A stretch of 64,000 nucleotides of DNA from NCBI RefSeq assembly GCF_036365525.1, contig NC_090410.1:12754062-12818061 (forward strand). The letters are read 5' to 3'. Origin of the DNA: Heterodontus francisci (Eukaryota). Below the pieces are notes generated by a model that was not told the DNA's origin, searched no databases, and saw nothing but the letters and a program-made list of their open reading frames with translations. This document shows, in pieces, positions 24,371 to 37,223 of the stretch (its first letter is position 1; each line of letters starts with the position of its first letter). The position numbers were made by a program, and so were the translations under genes.

Positions 24371-24975
24371 CAGGGGCTGGCAACCTTAATAACAAAAAGA
24401 GCTGCTTTTTTAAAATTTAGTCAAAAACGCAATACCTTAAGAACCCCAATGCTGCTACGCAAATGGCAATAATGAAAAACAATAGAGACACATTTATGGA
24501 TTTCCGTGCAAAACCCTTTTACTGACTGCCTGCAGCTCCTCGACAGCTTTCTTTCTGCATTAGCAACTGAATACTTTTTGGCAAAGGTATGTCTGCGAGC
24601 AACTCACGTGATTGGCTAGCAGGCAATACGAAAGTCATTAACGCAATGGCACATGATGTTATTTTGCTTGGTAAAACAGTGCAACTATAACGTATGACTT
24701 ATGACTTTTATGACTTATGACTGTAACTTATGACTTAGGACTTTTGATCCAAGCAAGTTTTCGATAGAATTTCATAGTTTTGCGATTAAACAATTCACAA
24801 GTTCCAGCTGTTATCTGTTAACATATCCATCGCCAAGGAGATTTTTAGATATCAGATACTCTTTTTAAATTCGAGACGCATTTAGACAACTATTTTCCAA
24901 AATTGATAATGAGATAAAATGGCTTCGATCGATCAAGGTCGGGAGCTGTACATGAGTACTTAATGAGCCATCTGG
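24371..24975. mobile_element. hAT-Charlie-like non-autonomous element, right end damaged
   Basis: Left end CAGGGGCTGGCAACCT...AAAGAGC; interrupts an L2-type tail (GAATTCCAGAG|...|GGGCCTTGGCAGCTGAAGGC); internal 7-bp TATGACT repeat at ~24693-24740. Confidence 0.55.
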
Positions 24976-26029
24976 CTAAGGGCCTTGGCAGCTGAAGGCA
25001 TGGACACCAAAGATGGAGCAATTAAAATCGGAGATACTCGAGAGGCCAGAATTGAATTAGAAGCAAGCGTAGGCATTTTGGACGATATCTTACAGTATGT
25101 TTGTGACAGCTGCACTCCCTCCTCTTTGCACTCTTGGCCACCAACTGCACTGGGGCTGTTTAGTGCCTGAAGCAAGAGATGGTTTTAGTCGACTCATGCA
25201 TAGATGATATTCATTAATAGAATATCATGTCCAATGAATTACTGATGAAAGAACAAGGAGTGTTGGATCTGTTGAATGACTGGTCTACAGGTGCCAGATG
25301 CGAATGACACCATTTTAAATGGCACGTTGCAATGAAGGGCCAGTCACTGCTGGTGTCAATCAAGCTCCACATTGGAGTTCAGTCAATGACTATCAGCAGG
25401 GTTCAACGCTGAAGAACTAGCGTGAGCTTGGAATGATCTTTTTTTCATTGTTTTTCGCCATCAGACATTCTCCCCAAAGGGCACCTCACATCGACTCAGA
25501 CACACCTGGCTGACTGCAAACAGAACCAACTCCCTCAACCGCCAAGAAATCCTGGAGCATTGCTTCAGTGCATCGACACGGGAATGGCATATTTTATTTA
25601 CAAGGACAGCAGGTTTCAGAAATTTTAGGGCAATTTGATGCATAACTCATCTGGAACAGAATGACTCCTTCATAAAGTGACCAGCTAATTAGACTGTTCA
25701 ACGATTAGCTAACAACCATCCCCCATCTGCATCAGTCCTGCTGTTATTTCACATTTCCAGCATCCGCAGTATTTTGCTTTACGTAGAATCATAGAATGGT
25801 TACAGCACAGAAGAAGGCCATTCAGCCCATCATGCCCGTGCCAGCTCTCTACAAGAGCAAATCAGCAGGTTCCACTCCCCTGTAGCCCTGCAAGTTTTTT
25901 CTACTCAGATAATTATCCAGTTCCCTTTGGAAAGCCAGAATTAAATCTGCCTCCAGCACGCTCTCAGGCAGCGCATTCCTGATCCCAACCACTCGCTGAG
26001 TAAAACCTTTTGACCTCATGTCAACTTTG

Positions 26030-27015
26030 AAACATAAAAACATTGAAAATAGGAGCAGGAGTAGGCCATTTGGCCCTTCGAGCCTGCTCCGCCATTCATT
26101 ATGATCATGGCTGATCATCCAACTCAGTAACCTGTTCCCGCTTTCGCCTCAAATCCTTTGATACCTTTAAACCCAAGAGCTATATCTAACTCCTTCTTGA
26201 AAACATACAATGTTTAGGCCTCAACTGCTTTCTGTGGTAGTGAATTCCACAAGCTCACCACTCTCTGGGTGAAGAAATTTCTCCTCATCTCAGTCCTGAA
26301 AGGTTTACCCCATATCCTTAGACTATGACCCCTGGTTCTGGACTCCCCCACCATCGGGAACATCCTTCCTGCATCTACCCTGTCAAGTCCTGTTAGAATT
26401 TTATAGGTTTCTATGAGATTCCCCCCTCACTCTTCTGAACTCCAGCGAATATAATCCTAACTGACTCAATCTCTCCTCATACGTCAGTCCCACCATCCCA
26501 GGAATCAGTCTGGTAAACCTTCGCTGCACTCCCTCTATAGCAAGAACATCCTTCCTCAGATAAGGAGACCAAAACTGCATACAATATTCCAGGTGGCCTC
26601 ACCAAGGCCTGTATAATTGCAGCAAGACATCCCTGCTCCTGTACTCGAATCCTCTCGCTATGAAGGCCAACATACCATTTGCCTTTTTTACTGCCTGTTG
26701 GACCTGCATGCTTACTTTCAGCGACTGGTGTACGAGAACACCCAGGTCTCGCTGCATATTCCCCACTCTCAGTCTATAGCCATTCAGATAATAATTTGCC
26801 TTCCTGTTTTTGCTATCAAAGTGGATAACCTCACATTTATCCACATTATACTGCACCTGCCATGCATTTGCCCACTCAAATCACCCTGAAGCCTCTCTGC
26901 ATCCTCCTCACAACTCACCCTCCCATCCAGTTTTGTGTCATCTGCAAATTGGAGATATTACATTTAGTTCCCTCATCTAAATCATTAATATATATTGTGA
27001 ATAGCTGGGGTCCTT
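26030..27015 (-). mobile_element. CR1 LINE ORF2 3' part
   Basis: MQYNVDKCEVIHF...QRDLGVLVHQSLKVSMQVQQAVKKANGMLAFIARG plus CR1 tail. Confidence 0.92.
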
Positions 27016-27029
27016 GTAAACTTTTCCAT

Positions 27030-27427
27030 TCCCCTGCCATTTTAGTTTAAACCTTCCCCAACCACTCTAGCAAATACTCTCCCTAGGACATCAGTCCCGG
27101 TCCTGCCTAGGTGTAACCCGTCCAATTTGTACTGGTCCCACCTCCCCCAGAACCGGTCCCAATGTCCCGGAAATCTAAAGCCATCCCCCTCACACCATCT
27201 CTTCAGCCACGTATTCATCCGCTATATCCTGCTATTTCTACTCTGACTAGCACGTGGCACTGGTAGTAATCCTGAGATCACTACCTTTGAGGTCCTACTT
27301 TTCAACTTACTTCCTAACTCCCTATATTCTGCTTTTAGGACCTCATCCTTTTTTTTTACCTACGTCGTTTGTACCAATGTGTACCACGACCACTGGCTGT
27401 TCACCCTCCCCCTTCAGAATGCCCTGT
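27030..27427 (-). mobile_element. CR1 ORF1 SGNH-esterase remnant
   Basis: Translation ILKGEGEQPVVVVHIGTNDVGKKK...SKVVISGLLPVP...YKLDGLHLGRTG...EGLN*; GxND and DxxH esterase blocks; one internal stop. Confidence 0.85.
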
Positions 27428-27801
27428 CTTTTGGTTCTTTTGTCATTCACCTTAAATTAGTGTCCGCTCCAGTTCGTGAGCCTTCCACCAATAGGAACAG
27501 ATTTTTCCTGTCTACTCTGTCCAGACCCCACATGATTTTGAACTCCTCTATCAAATCTCCTCCCAACCTCTATTCTCCAAGGAGAACAATCCCAGCTTTT
27601 CCAATCTATTCTTGTAACTGAAATTCCTCATCCCTGGAACCACACTCTTTTATTTATGAAATCGTCTGGAACTGTCATTCCAAAAATACTGGACAACCGA
27701 AACTACACATTAGTAACGATTCCACACTACATTTCCCGAACTACACTTTAAATGTTATAATGGCCAAATAGGTCTTTTCTGTCAGATGCTTCTCTTCATT
27801 T

Positions 27802-28122
27802 GGGTGGCGCAGTGGTTAGCACCGCAGCCTCACAGCTCCAGCGACCCGGGTTCAATTCTGGGCACTGCCTGTGCGGAGTTTGCAAGTTCTCCCTGTGACT
27901 GCGTGGGTTTTCGCCAGGTGCTCCGGTTTCCTCCCACAGCCAAAGACTTGCAGGTTGATAGGTAAATTGGCCACTATAAATTGCCCCTAGTATAGGTAGG
28001 GGGAAGGTGGGGATGCGGTAGGGATATGGGATTAATGTAGGATTAGTATAAATGGGTTGTTGATGGTCGGCACAGACTTGGTGGGCCGAAGGGCCTGTTT
28101 CAGTGCTGTATCTCTAAATAAA
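27802..28122 (+). mobile_element. HE1-like V-SINE
   Basis: tRNA head, V core, tail ending CTAAATAAA. Confidence 0.85.
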
Positions 28123-28988
28123 TTCAAGAAGCTATTACATGAAATACATGCACTCAATATGGTGATTTCCACAGGAAACTAGCTTACTCAGGATCTGCCT
28201 TGAGCTACTTCATATCAATGGAAAACCAATGATTTCCCCCAGCACAGTGTCTGATTGCTTCTCAATGAATCCGGAATTTTTGCCCCACTCCCATTCCAAG
28301 TATTAATCTCACTCTGTCTTTTTTTTTTAATTCCTTCTCAGGACGTGAGCGTCACTGACAAGGCTGGCATTTATTGCTCATCCCTAACTGCCCTTGAGAA
28401 GGTGGTGGCGAGCCTCCATCTTGAAGCACCGCATAAACACTAGCATAGACCAGCAGGGCTGAATGGTCTGTTTCTGTGCTGTAAATTCTATGTAATTTGC
28501 TTGCCGTACCTTCTACCCACTTGCAAATATTGTCCAGGCTCATCTGCATTTCCACAGCTGCCCTCTCAGACTTTACTGCCCCTCGCCCTTAGTTTAGTAT
28601 CATGTGTGAGTTTGAGCAGCTTACTCTTGTGAATTCACATCATTCATGTACATCGTTAGAGGTCTCAGCATCGATCCCTGCACCACTCCATTCCGTATAA
28701 TCCCCCAGCCCAACCTCACTTCTCTAACCAGCACCCACTCCTTCTTCTGTTTCAGTCAACTCCTTATCCACCTCCACATTTTATCTCGAATACTCAATGC
28801 TTTAAGCTACTGGAACAGCCTTTCATGTGGAACTTTGGAAAAGGCTACCTGGAAATCCAGGTGTAGCTGCTTAATCGCTGCTTTTAATTTTTCATGGGAA
28901 TCAACTTACCCAAACTAACGAATGGAGGGCTTTATCTTCACACAAGATAGCGACTGAGTTGGGAAAGAGACTTCAGAAACGTATTTAA

Positions 28989-29007
28989 TAGTGCCACCTA
29001 GTGGCCA
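28989..29007 (-). promoter_or_regulatory. CTCF-like binding motif
   Basis: rc TGGCCACTAGGTGGCACTA versus consensus TGGCCACCAGGGGGCGCTA; in non-repetitive DNA. Confidence 0.6.
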
Positions 29008-30192
29008 ATGCTTTCAATTACATTGTGACTGTTGACACAGCAAAACTGAATGGGAAATGTTGACAAGAAAATTCAAACCGAGGGATAAAACATGACCAAA
29101 TCTCAGGACAACAGGAAGAGGTGGATAGCAAGTGCTCGACCCCGCGCAAGATGTTTAGAAACGTATTGATTGGTTAGTCCATTCTATTTAGTTACTTTGT
29201 TGGAGTGAATTTTGCTCACTGTTTGACCAACCGTCAAGTTCTGATTTTTCTATAAAGTATTTAAAAATGTGGGTTAGAAATTTGCATGACAATTAGGAAA
29301 GGACAGGGAATGGGACTAATTAGATAGCTCTTTCACCAGTGACACTTGGCTGTAAAGAACCTTGGTGACTCTTGAGGTTATGAAAGGCGTTAACTATAGA
29401 CCTAATCGAAGGGCCTCGTCCTGTTCCTGAGAGGCAGCACAGGCATGATGGGCTGAATAGCCTCCTTCTGAACCGTATCATTTTATGATTGCCCTCCACA
29501 CAGAGGCTAAGAGAACCTCAGTTCCTGTCGATATGCCATCAATAATTATTAATATTTCACATGAATCATTTTAATTGCCCAGCTGGCCTTGCTCAGGGCA
29601 ATCCATCTTCATAAGTGCCCTGGGCGAGTTATTTGCAAACCAACCAGCTGACAAGGATTCATTATTTCTAACCTGCTCAGCGACTTTCTTCGAATTACGA
29701 GCTGTGATGATCAGAAGGAGTCAGTAGCTGGAGCCTAAATACATCACCCGTCGAGGGGGGGGAGGGAGAATCTTGGACCAGTTTAGGCAAATCCGTTTCA
29801 CTTTCACCAGCCCCCCCCCCCTCCCCACGCCCAGGTGTCGAGCAGCAGATGATGTTTTAGATTCCATACCTGCTCTGAGACACAGGATAAAGACGCAGTG
29901 AAACCGGCCCCAGCCCACGGCCTTATCCAGACCCTCAGAGAAGTTTCCCCTGCCCACCAGCAGCAGAGTCTCCTCTGCAGATGATTACTGCCATATTAGG
30001 AGACTTTTGCCTGTTGGGTCCCTTGGTCACCTGGAACTGAACTGAGATTGCTAAGCTCCGCAAACCTAACAGCCTCACGGCCGACAGAGGCAACCTTCAT
30101 CAGTCACTCCAGTTGCACTCTTCATTTTCCAAGTGTGTTAGTAATATTCTTCATTGCTGCGGGCACCGTATTCCCCAAATTCACCGCCACGC

Positions 30193-30585
30193 AATCATAG
30201 AATTGTTACAGCACCGAAGGAGGCCATTCAGCCCATCGTGTCTGCACTGGCTCTCCGAATGAGCAACTCACTTAGTGCCATTACCCCGCTTTCTTCCCGT
30301 AACCCTGCACATTCTTCCTTTTCAGATAACTATCTAATTCCCTTTTGAAGGCCTCGATTGATCCTGCCTCCACCACACTCTCGGGCAGTGCATTCCAGAT
30401 CCGAACCACTCGCTGCGTGAAAAAGTTTTTCCTCACGTCACCTTTGCTTCTTTTGCCAGTTACCTTAAACCTGTGCCCTCTCGTTCTTGATCCTTTCATG
30501 CGTGGAACAGTTTTTACTCTACCTGCTCTGTCCAGACCCCTCATGATTTTGAATACATCTATCAAATCTCCTCTCAACCTTCTCC
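30193..30585 (-). mobile_element. CR1 3' fragment
   Basis: RGDLIDVFKIMRGLDR...FFTQRVVRIWNALPESVVEAGSIEAFKRELD. Confidence 0.88.
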
Positions 30586-30987
30586 ATTTACCTATTTACC
30601 AAATTCCTGTATTTCAGCATAGATCTCACGAAAGCATTCGACTCTACAAGATTTTGGAGAATATTGGCTGTTCACCAAAGCTGCTTAGACTCATCTGTAC
30701 CCTTCACGATAACGTGCACAGCACCGTACAGTTTGACGGCTCCAGTTCTAACGATTTCTGGGTGAAGAATGGAGTGAAACAGGGCTGTGTCCTGGCCCCC
30801 ACTTTGTTTGGTATTTTCTTCTCCATGCTCCTGACCTTTGCCTTCCCTGCAGATATGGAAGGCATTTATCTGCGTACTAGGTCAGACGGCAAACCCTACA
30901 GCACGTCTTGATCAGGGAACTCCTCTACGCTGATGATGCTGTGCTAGTCACCCACATGGAAACTCATCTACAAAGACTCATAGATTT

Positions 30988-31294
30988 TTTAAAGAGAGAT
31001 ACAGCACTGAAACAGGCCCTTCGGCCCACCGAGTCTGCGCCGACCAATAACCACCCATTTATACTAACCCTACAGTAATCCCATATTCCCTACCACCTAC
31101 CTACACTAGGGGCAATTTACAATGGCCAATTTACCTATCACCTGCAAGTCTTTGGCGGTGGGAGGAAACCAGAGCACCCGGCGAAAACCCACACAGTCAC
31201 AGGGAGAACTTGCAAACTCCGCACAGGCAGCACCCAGAATCGAACCCGGGTCCCTGGAGCTGTGAGGCAGCGGTGCTAACCACTGCGCCACTGT
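30988..31294 (-). mobile_element. HE1-like V-SINE
   Basis: Full reverse-complement copy. Confidence 0.85.
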
Positions 31295-32645
31295 GCTGCC
31301 CATGGTGGGAAAGTTATTGGAAGCAATTCTGAGAGACAGGATTTTTATGCATTTAGATAGGCGAGGTCTGATGAGGGACAATCAGCTTGGCTTTGTGTGT
31401 GGGAAATCATGTCTCACGAATTTGATTGAGTTTTTTGAGGAGGTGACGCAGAGGATTGACGAGGGCAGGTTGGTGGAGGTTGTCTACATGGACTTTAGCA
31501 AGGATTTTGACAAGGTCCTGCATGGTAGGCTGTTCCGGAAGGTATGAACACATGGGATCCAGGGTGAGCTAGCCAATTGGATACAAAATTGGCTTGGTGA
31601 CAGGAGGCAGAGGGTGGTAGTGGAGGATTGTTTTCAGATTGGAGGCCGGTGACCAGTGGTGTGCCGCAGGGATTGGTGCTGGGCCTTCTGTTCTTTGTCA
31701 TATATATTAATGACTTGGATGTGAATGTAGGGTCATTAATAGTAAGTTTGCAGATGACACCAAAATCGGTGGTATAGTGGACAATGAAGAAGGTTGTCTA
31801 AAGTTACAACAGGATATAGAACAACTGGGAAAGTGGGCAAGGGATTGGCAAATGGAATTTAACGCAGACAAGTGCGAAGTGATGCATTTTGGGAAGTTAA
31901 ACCAGGGCAGGGCCCTGGGGAGTGTTGTTGAGCAGAGAGACCTTGGGGTGCAAGTACATAGTTCCCTGAAAGTGGCAACACAGGTAGACAGGGTGGTGAA
32001 GAAGGCGTATGGCATGCTTGCCTTCATCGGCCGAGGCATTGAGTACAAGAGTTGGGACGTCATGTTACAGTTGTGCATAAGTTTGGTTAGGCCGTATTTG
32101 GAGTATTGTGTGCAGTTCTGATCGCCGCACTACAGGAAAGATGTGATTAAGCTAGAGCAGGAGCAGAAAAGATTCTCAAGGATGTTGCCTGGTTTTGAGG
32201 GCTTGAGTTATAAAGAGAGATTGGATAGGCTGGGTCTGTTTTCCCTGGAGCGAAGGAGGCTGAGAGAGGACATGATAGAGGTATATAAAATTATGAGAGG
32301 CATAGATAGGGTAGATAGCCAGAGTCTGTTTCCCATGGTAGGGGTGACTAAAACTAGAGGGTATAGATTTAAGGTGAGAGGGAGGAGGTTTAAAGGGGAT
32401 CAAAGGGGTAAATTTTTCACACAAAGAATAGTGGGTATCTGGAATGAGCTGCCTGAGGAGGTGGTGGAGGCAGGAACAGTAGCGACATTTAAGAGGCATC
32501 TGGACAGGTACTTGAATGAGAAAGGCATAGAGGGACATGGAATTAATGCAGGCAGGTGGGATTAGTATAAATAGGCATTATGGTCGGCATGGACGCGGTG
32601 GGCCGAAGGGCCTGTTTCTATGCTGTATGATCCGTGACTCTATGA
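31295..32645 (+). mobile_element. CR1 (HER1-like) LINE, RT to 3' end
   Basis: GKSCLTNLIEFFEEVT...VYMDFSK, KFADDTK; tail GGGCCGAAGGGCCTGTTTC shared with the HE1-like SINEs. Confidence 0.92.
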
Positions 32646-34454
32646 CGTAATAAACAGTGACTCTGTACAGTTACGCAGTGAGTAACCCTTACCCTGGTGA
32701 ATAAACAGTATATCTGTGCAGTTGCACAGTGAGTCCCATGCCTGTAACTTGCTGGTTTACGAGGCCTGTGTTCTCAGCACCTTGTTGTACGACCATGAAG
32801 CATGGACGACTTACAGCTATCAAGGAAGGAAGCTCAACAATTTTCCATTTTGATGTCTGTGGCGCATTCTCGGCATCTCATGGAAGGACAAAATCACAAA
32901 TAGAACACTCCCCTCAAAGGGAAATCTCCCAAGTATGCTAAAACACATCAAGCGGAGGTGACCTGGCCGGCTCGGGCGTGTTTGCAGGATGGAAGACATA
33001 CGCATTTCCAAGGATATTCTGTACCGGGAGGTAGCTGGAGCCAGAAGATCGGTTGGACACCCAAAGCTCCGCTTTAAGGATGCTTGCAAGCATAACATGA
33101 AGGCCCTAAACATTGATTTTCACACTTGGGAGCCACTGCCCAACAACAGAGGGAAATGGCGACACTCCCTGTGTTCTGGTGTGTGCCATCATGATGCTCA
33201 GTGGTTTCAGCGCTTTGACAGCAGTTGCCAAGGCCAGAAACAGCACCCCACAATAACACCTGTTAACCACCTCATATACAGCACTTGCGGCAGGACCTGC
33301 CTCTCACGGATTGCTCTTCGCAACCACCCGCAAAAGTGCACCATGCGAAACTATCCCATTGTCAGTGGATTTGCTGCATCTCCATCATCTCACGTAGATG
33401 GGAAGATGCTGACAACTACATTACTCGTAATCACCTTAATCACCGTATTCACCCCCACCTAATCTCTGTAGCCTCCTCCAGCCCCACAACAATCCAAAAT
33501 CTCAGCGCTGCTCCAAGTCTGCCCTCCTGCACCTTCCTGATATCCTTCACCGCACCATTGGCAGCTGTGCTTTCATCTGCCGATGCCCTACGCTCTGGAA
33601 TTCCCTCTCTAAAGCTTTCTGACTCTCCACATCTCTCTCCTCCTTGAAGATGCTCCTTATAATCTACCTCTATGACCAAGCTTTTGGTCACCTGGTCTAG
33701 TATCTCCTTATGTGGGCTCGGTGTCAAATTTGGTTTGATAACACTGCTGTGAAGCATGTTGGGATCTGTTATTACGTTAAAGTTGCTTTATGAATACAAG
33801 TTGGTGCTATTAATATTTGAAGTGGAGGGAGGTTACCTGGTGGCATAGTGGTTTTCACAATGGTGTAGGGTTGCTCTTCTGAAATTGGAGCTGGGGCACG
33901 CCATTGGGTCAGCTCAGCGGGAGCTTTCATCTTTGTCTAACCTGAGCTGTACCTGTCCTGGGAGTGTTTGATGGGCAGTGTAGACTATGGGTTCACAAAC
34001 TGTGGTACATGTGTCCCTGGGAGTACGCACAACATCTCTGGGGAGTACGCGGCAGAAAATGTCTAACGGCGGCGGATCCTCTCGTGTGCCTCCTCTGCAC
34101 GCACTCTTTCTCACATGCTCTCTTGTATGATTTCTCCCATTCCACTGTAACGTGTTGCAATTTGCATTAAATTAGGGGCTGCAGACTCTCAGTCATTGGC
34201 CCTGATGGCACTGTGGACAGTTAAATAAGAGGCTTTGCTGGCAGCATTTGACTGGATTTAATCTTTTTTGACAAATTGAGCTGCCGCTTGCTTTGTTAAA
34301 ATGGTTTAAAATTAAAAGAAATACTTGCAATTAAGAATATTACGAGGGTCAAGACTGACCAGGCATTGCAGGACGTGGTGGTGGCAGGTTGCAAGCGTGC
34401 TGGAATATTCTGTGGGTTAATCTGTTCAACTTTTTTTAAAAAACGTTACCCAAG

Positions 34455-35665
34455 ATGGATGGAATGAGCGGACATGAGTCGATGAAATTTAAACATACAT
34501 AGGTGCAAAGTGATACATTTTGATAGGAAGAACATTGTAAGATAAAGTGTACGATTCTAAAGGGGGTGCTGGAATAGAGAGATCTGGGGGTATATGTGCA
34601 CAAATCATTGAAGGTGGCAGGGCAGGTTGAGAAAGCGGTTAATAAAGTATACGGGACCCTGGGCTTGATAAATAGAGGTATAGAGAACAAAAGCAGGAAA
34701 GTTATGATGAACCTCTATAAAACACTGGTTTGGCCACGACTGGAACATTGTGCCAAGTTCTGAGCACTGGACCTTTGGAAGGATGTGAGGCCATGAAAGA
34801 GGGTGCAGAAAAGATTTTCTGAAATGGTTGAAGGGATGAGGGACTTCATTTACGTGGTTAGGTTGGAGAATCTGGGTCTGTTTTCCTTGAAGAAGAGAAG
34901 GTTTAGAGGAGATTTGATAGAGGTATTCAAAGTCTTGAGGGGTCTAGACTGAGTAGGTAGAGAGAAACTGTTCCCATTGGCGGAAGGATTGAGAACCAGA
35001 GGACACCGATTTAGAGTAATTAGCAAAAGAACTAACAGTGACACGAGGAAAATCCTTTTTACGCAGCGAATGGTTTGGATCTGGAATGCACTGCCTGAGA
35101 GTGTGGAGGAGGCAGATTCAATCGAGGCCTTCAAAAGGGAATTGGATAAGCACCTGAAAATAAAATTGCAGGGCTATGGGGGAAGGGCAGTGGGACAAGC
35201 TGGATTGCTCTTGCAGAGGAGCCATCCTGGGCTCGTTGGGCCAAATGGCCTCCTCTGTGCTCTAACTGCAATGAGTTATTTATTTTGAACTTGTTCTCTT
35301 TTAGCTGTGGGAAGGGTCGTTTTCAAAGCTGTTTTACCTGTGGTCTTCAACTTAGACTTTGTCTTTTCACCACCGCTGCCACCATATAATGAGTTCTTTA
35401 TGTTGCCCGATGCAACATAAACGCGATGCATGGAGTCCAGTTGACTGAAGATCTCAAACAGGGTTATTTTATCGCTAAACTATTATGTACAGTACAGAGC
35501 AAACTATTTACAGAACCTTACTTTGGGTGTGCTACAGTTGCAGAGTGACTCTGGCTTGTAGTCACATGACTATGTCCTGGTACTCAGCTCATTAGCATAC
35601 TAAGGGACATCACTCTTAAAGGCAATCATACGACAGTAACCATTCTATGTTTCTGTGATTCTACA
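34455..35665 (+). mobile_element. CR1 3' fragment nested in the hAT element
   Basis: RTRGHRFRVISKR...FTQRMVWIWNALPESVEEADSIEAFKRELDK; tail split by an LTR element. Confidence 0.88.
35267..35635 (-). mobile_element. Internally deleted LTR retroelement (Gypsy-like) with tRNA-Leu PBS
   Basis: 5'LTR 35635-35385 starts TGTCGTATG; PBS TGGTGGCAGCGGTGG (35384-35370); last 16 nt of a second LTR at 35267-35282; flanks CTAAC/GTAAC. Confidence 0.7.
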
Positions 35666-36548
35666 AGATTTTCTCCTCCCTTCCCTAGTTCTTCTGGGTG
35701 CTTGTTTTGACCTTTACACTAGTTTTTTTTTTGGGAGGGGGCGAATTCAAATAATTTTACGTTTTGCAATCAGTGGATTTAATGAGAAAATCTTGACTTA
35801 TTTTCTCACAGGTTGACTGACCTGGTCTGTTTGTAAAATTGAGGATTTTTATTAAGTGGAGACCAATCCCAATTTAAATCTGAAACGCAGAGCTTGGCGA
35901 AGAAACACAGTGTCATTAGAACGTGAAATGTTTCAATCTAAAATGTTACTACTTTGAGGAAACAAAATATTGAAAGCAACTGCGTAAGCAGTCCCATTTT
36001 TAGATATGGTTGATGTTAAGTGCAATAGAATGCATTAAAATAATGCTTGTGGAGGAAGAGAAAGGTTCATTTCAAAAGTGGACATGTTGTAGTTTGCAGG
36101 TACAGATGTTACAACACCAACTGGCACCCAGCAGTGAGAATTGCCTTCATTAAAACTGGCATATGGGGTAAGTTTGCTTCGAGGAAGGATAAAACCCTCC
36201 TTAAACTTAAACTTAGCAGTATCTGCAAATGGAATTGTCAAATAGGAAGGAATGATCAAGATTAAAGTGGGGCCTTAATTATTAATAGAAGATTAAACCG
36301 ACGGTCTGTCATCCTGGATTTAGGTGAAACTGACGGGAGAGCTTGCTTCTGTGCCCACTGAAACTCATGCAGCTGGATACCCTTTCACAAATTTTTCTTC
36401 AGTATCTATGCCGCAGACCTGTCAATCAAAGAACAAAAGAATCTCCCGGGACCTTCTCAACTGATGGCGGATTCAAGATTGAGTTGCAACATTAGCAGTT
36501 GGGTGAGTTTTGGGTCTAAACGTGAGCTGTGTCCTCCCACATTGTCAG

Positions 36549-37223
36549 ACTATCAACATCCTAGGGGCTACCATTGACCAGAAACTGAACTGGAGTAGCC
36601 ATATAAATACCGTGGCTACCAGAGCAGGTCAGAGGCTAGGAATCCTGCAGCGAATAACTCACCTCCTGACTCCCCAAAGCCCATCCACCATCTACAAGGC
36701 ACAAGTCAGGAATGTGATGGAATACTCTCCACTTGCCTGGATGGGTGCAGCTCCAACAACACTCAAGAAGCTCGACACCATCCAGGACAAAGAGGCCCAC
36801 TTGATTGGCACCCCATCTACAAACATTCACTCCCTCCACCACCAATGCACAGTGGCAGCAGTGTGTATCATCTACAAGATGCACTGCAGCAACTCACCAA
36901 GGCTCCTTCGACAGCACCTTCCAAACCCATGACTCTACCACCTAGAAGGACAAGGGCAACAGATGCATGGAAACACCACCACCTGCAAGTTCCCCTCCAA
37001 GTCACACACCATCCTGACTTGGAACTATATCACCGTTCCTTCACTGTCGCTGGGTCAAAATTCTGGAACTCCCTTCTGAACAGCACTGTGTGTGTACCTA
37101 CCCCACATGGACTGCAGCGGTTCAAGAAGGCAGCTCACCACCACCTTCTCAAGAGCAATTAGGGATGGGCAATAAATGGTGGCCTGGGCAGCGACGCCCA
37201 CATCCCATGAATGAATAAAAAAA
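36549..37223 (+). mobile_element. CR1-group LINE 3' fragment nested in the hAT remnant
   Basis: INILGATIDQKLNWSSHI...YKAQVRNVMEYSPLAW; tail GGGATGGGCAATAAATG...GCGACGCCCACATCCCATGAATGAATAAAAAAA. Confidence 0.85.

Larger units (their letters stand above)
30615..33420 (+). mobile_element. RTE-clade LINE fragment split by younger inserts (pieces ~30615-30985 and ~32735-33420)
   Basis: GVKQGCVLAPTLFGIFFSMLL...RTRSDGK, ELLYADDA; later KDILYREV...PKLRFKDACK...C..CGRTCLSRIALRNH C-terminal zinc-finger-like motif. Confidence 0.85.
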
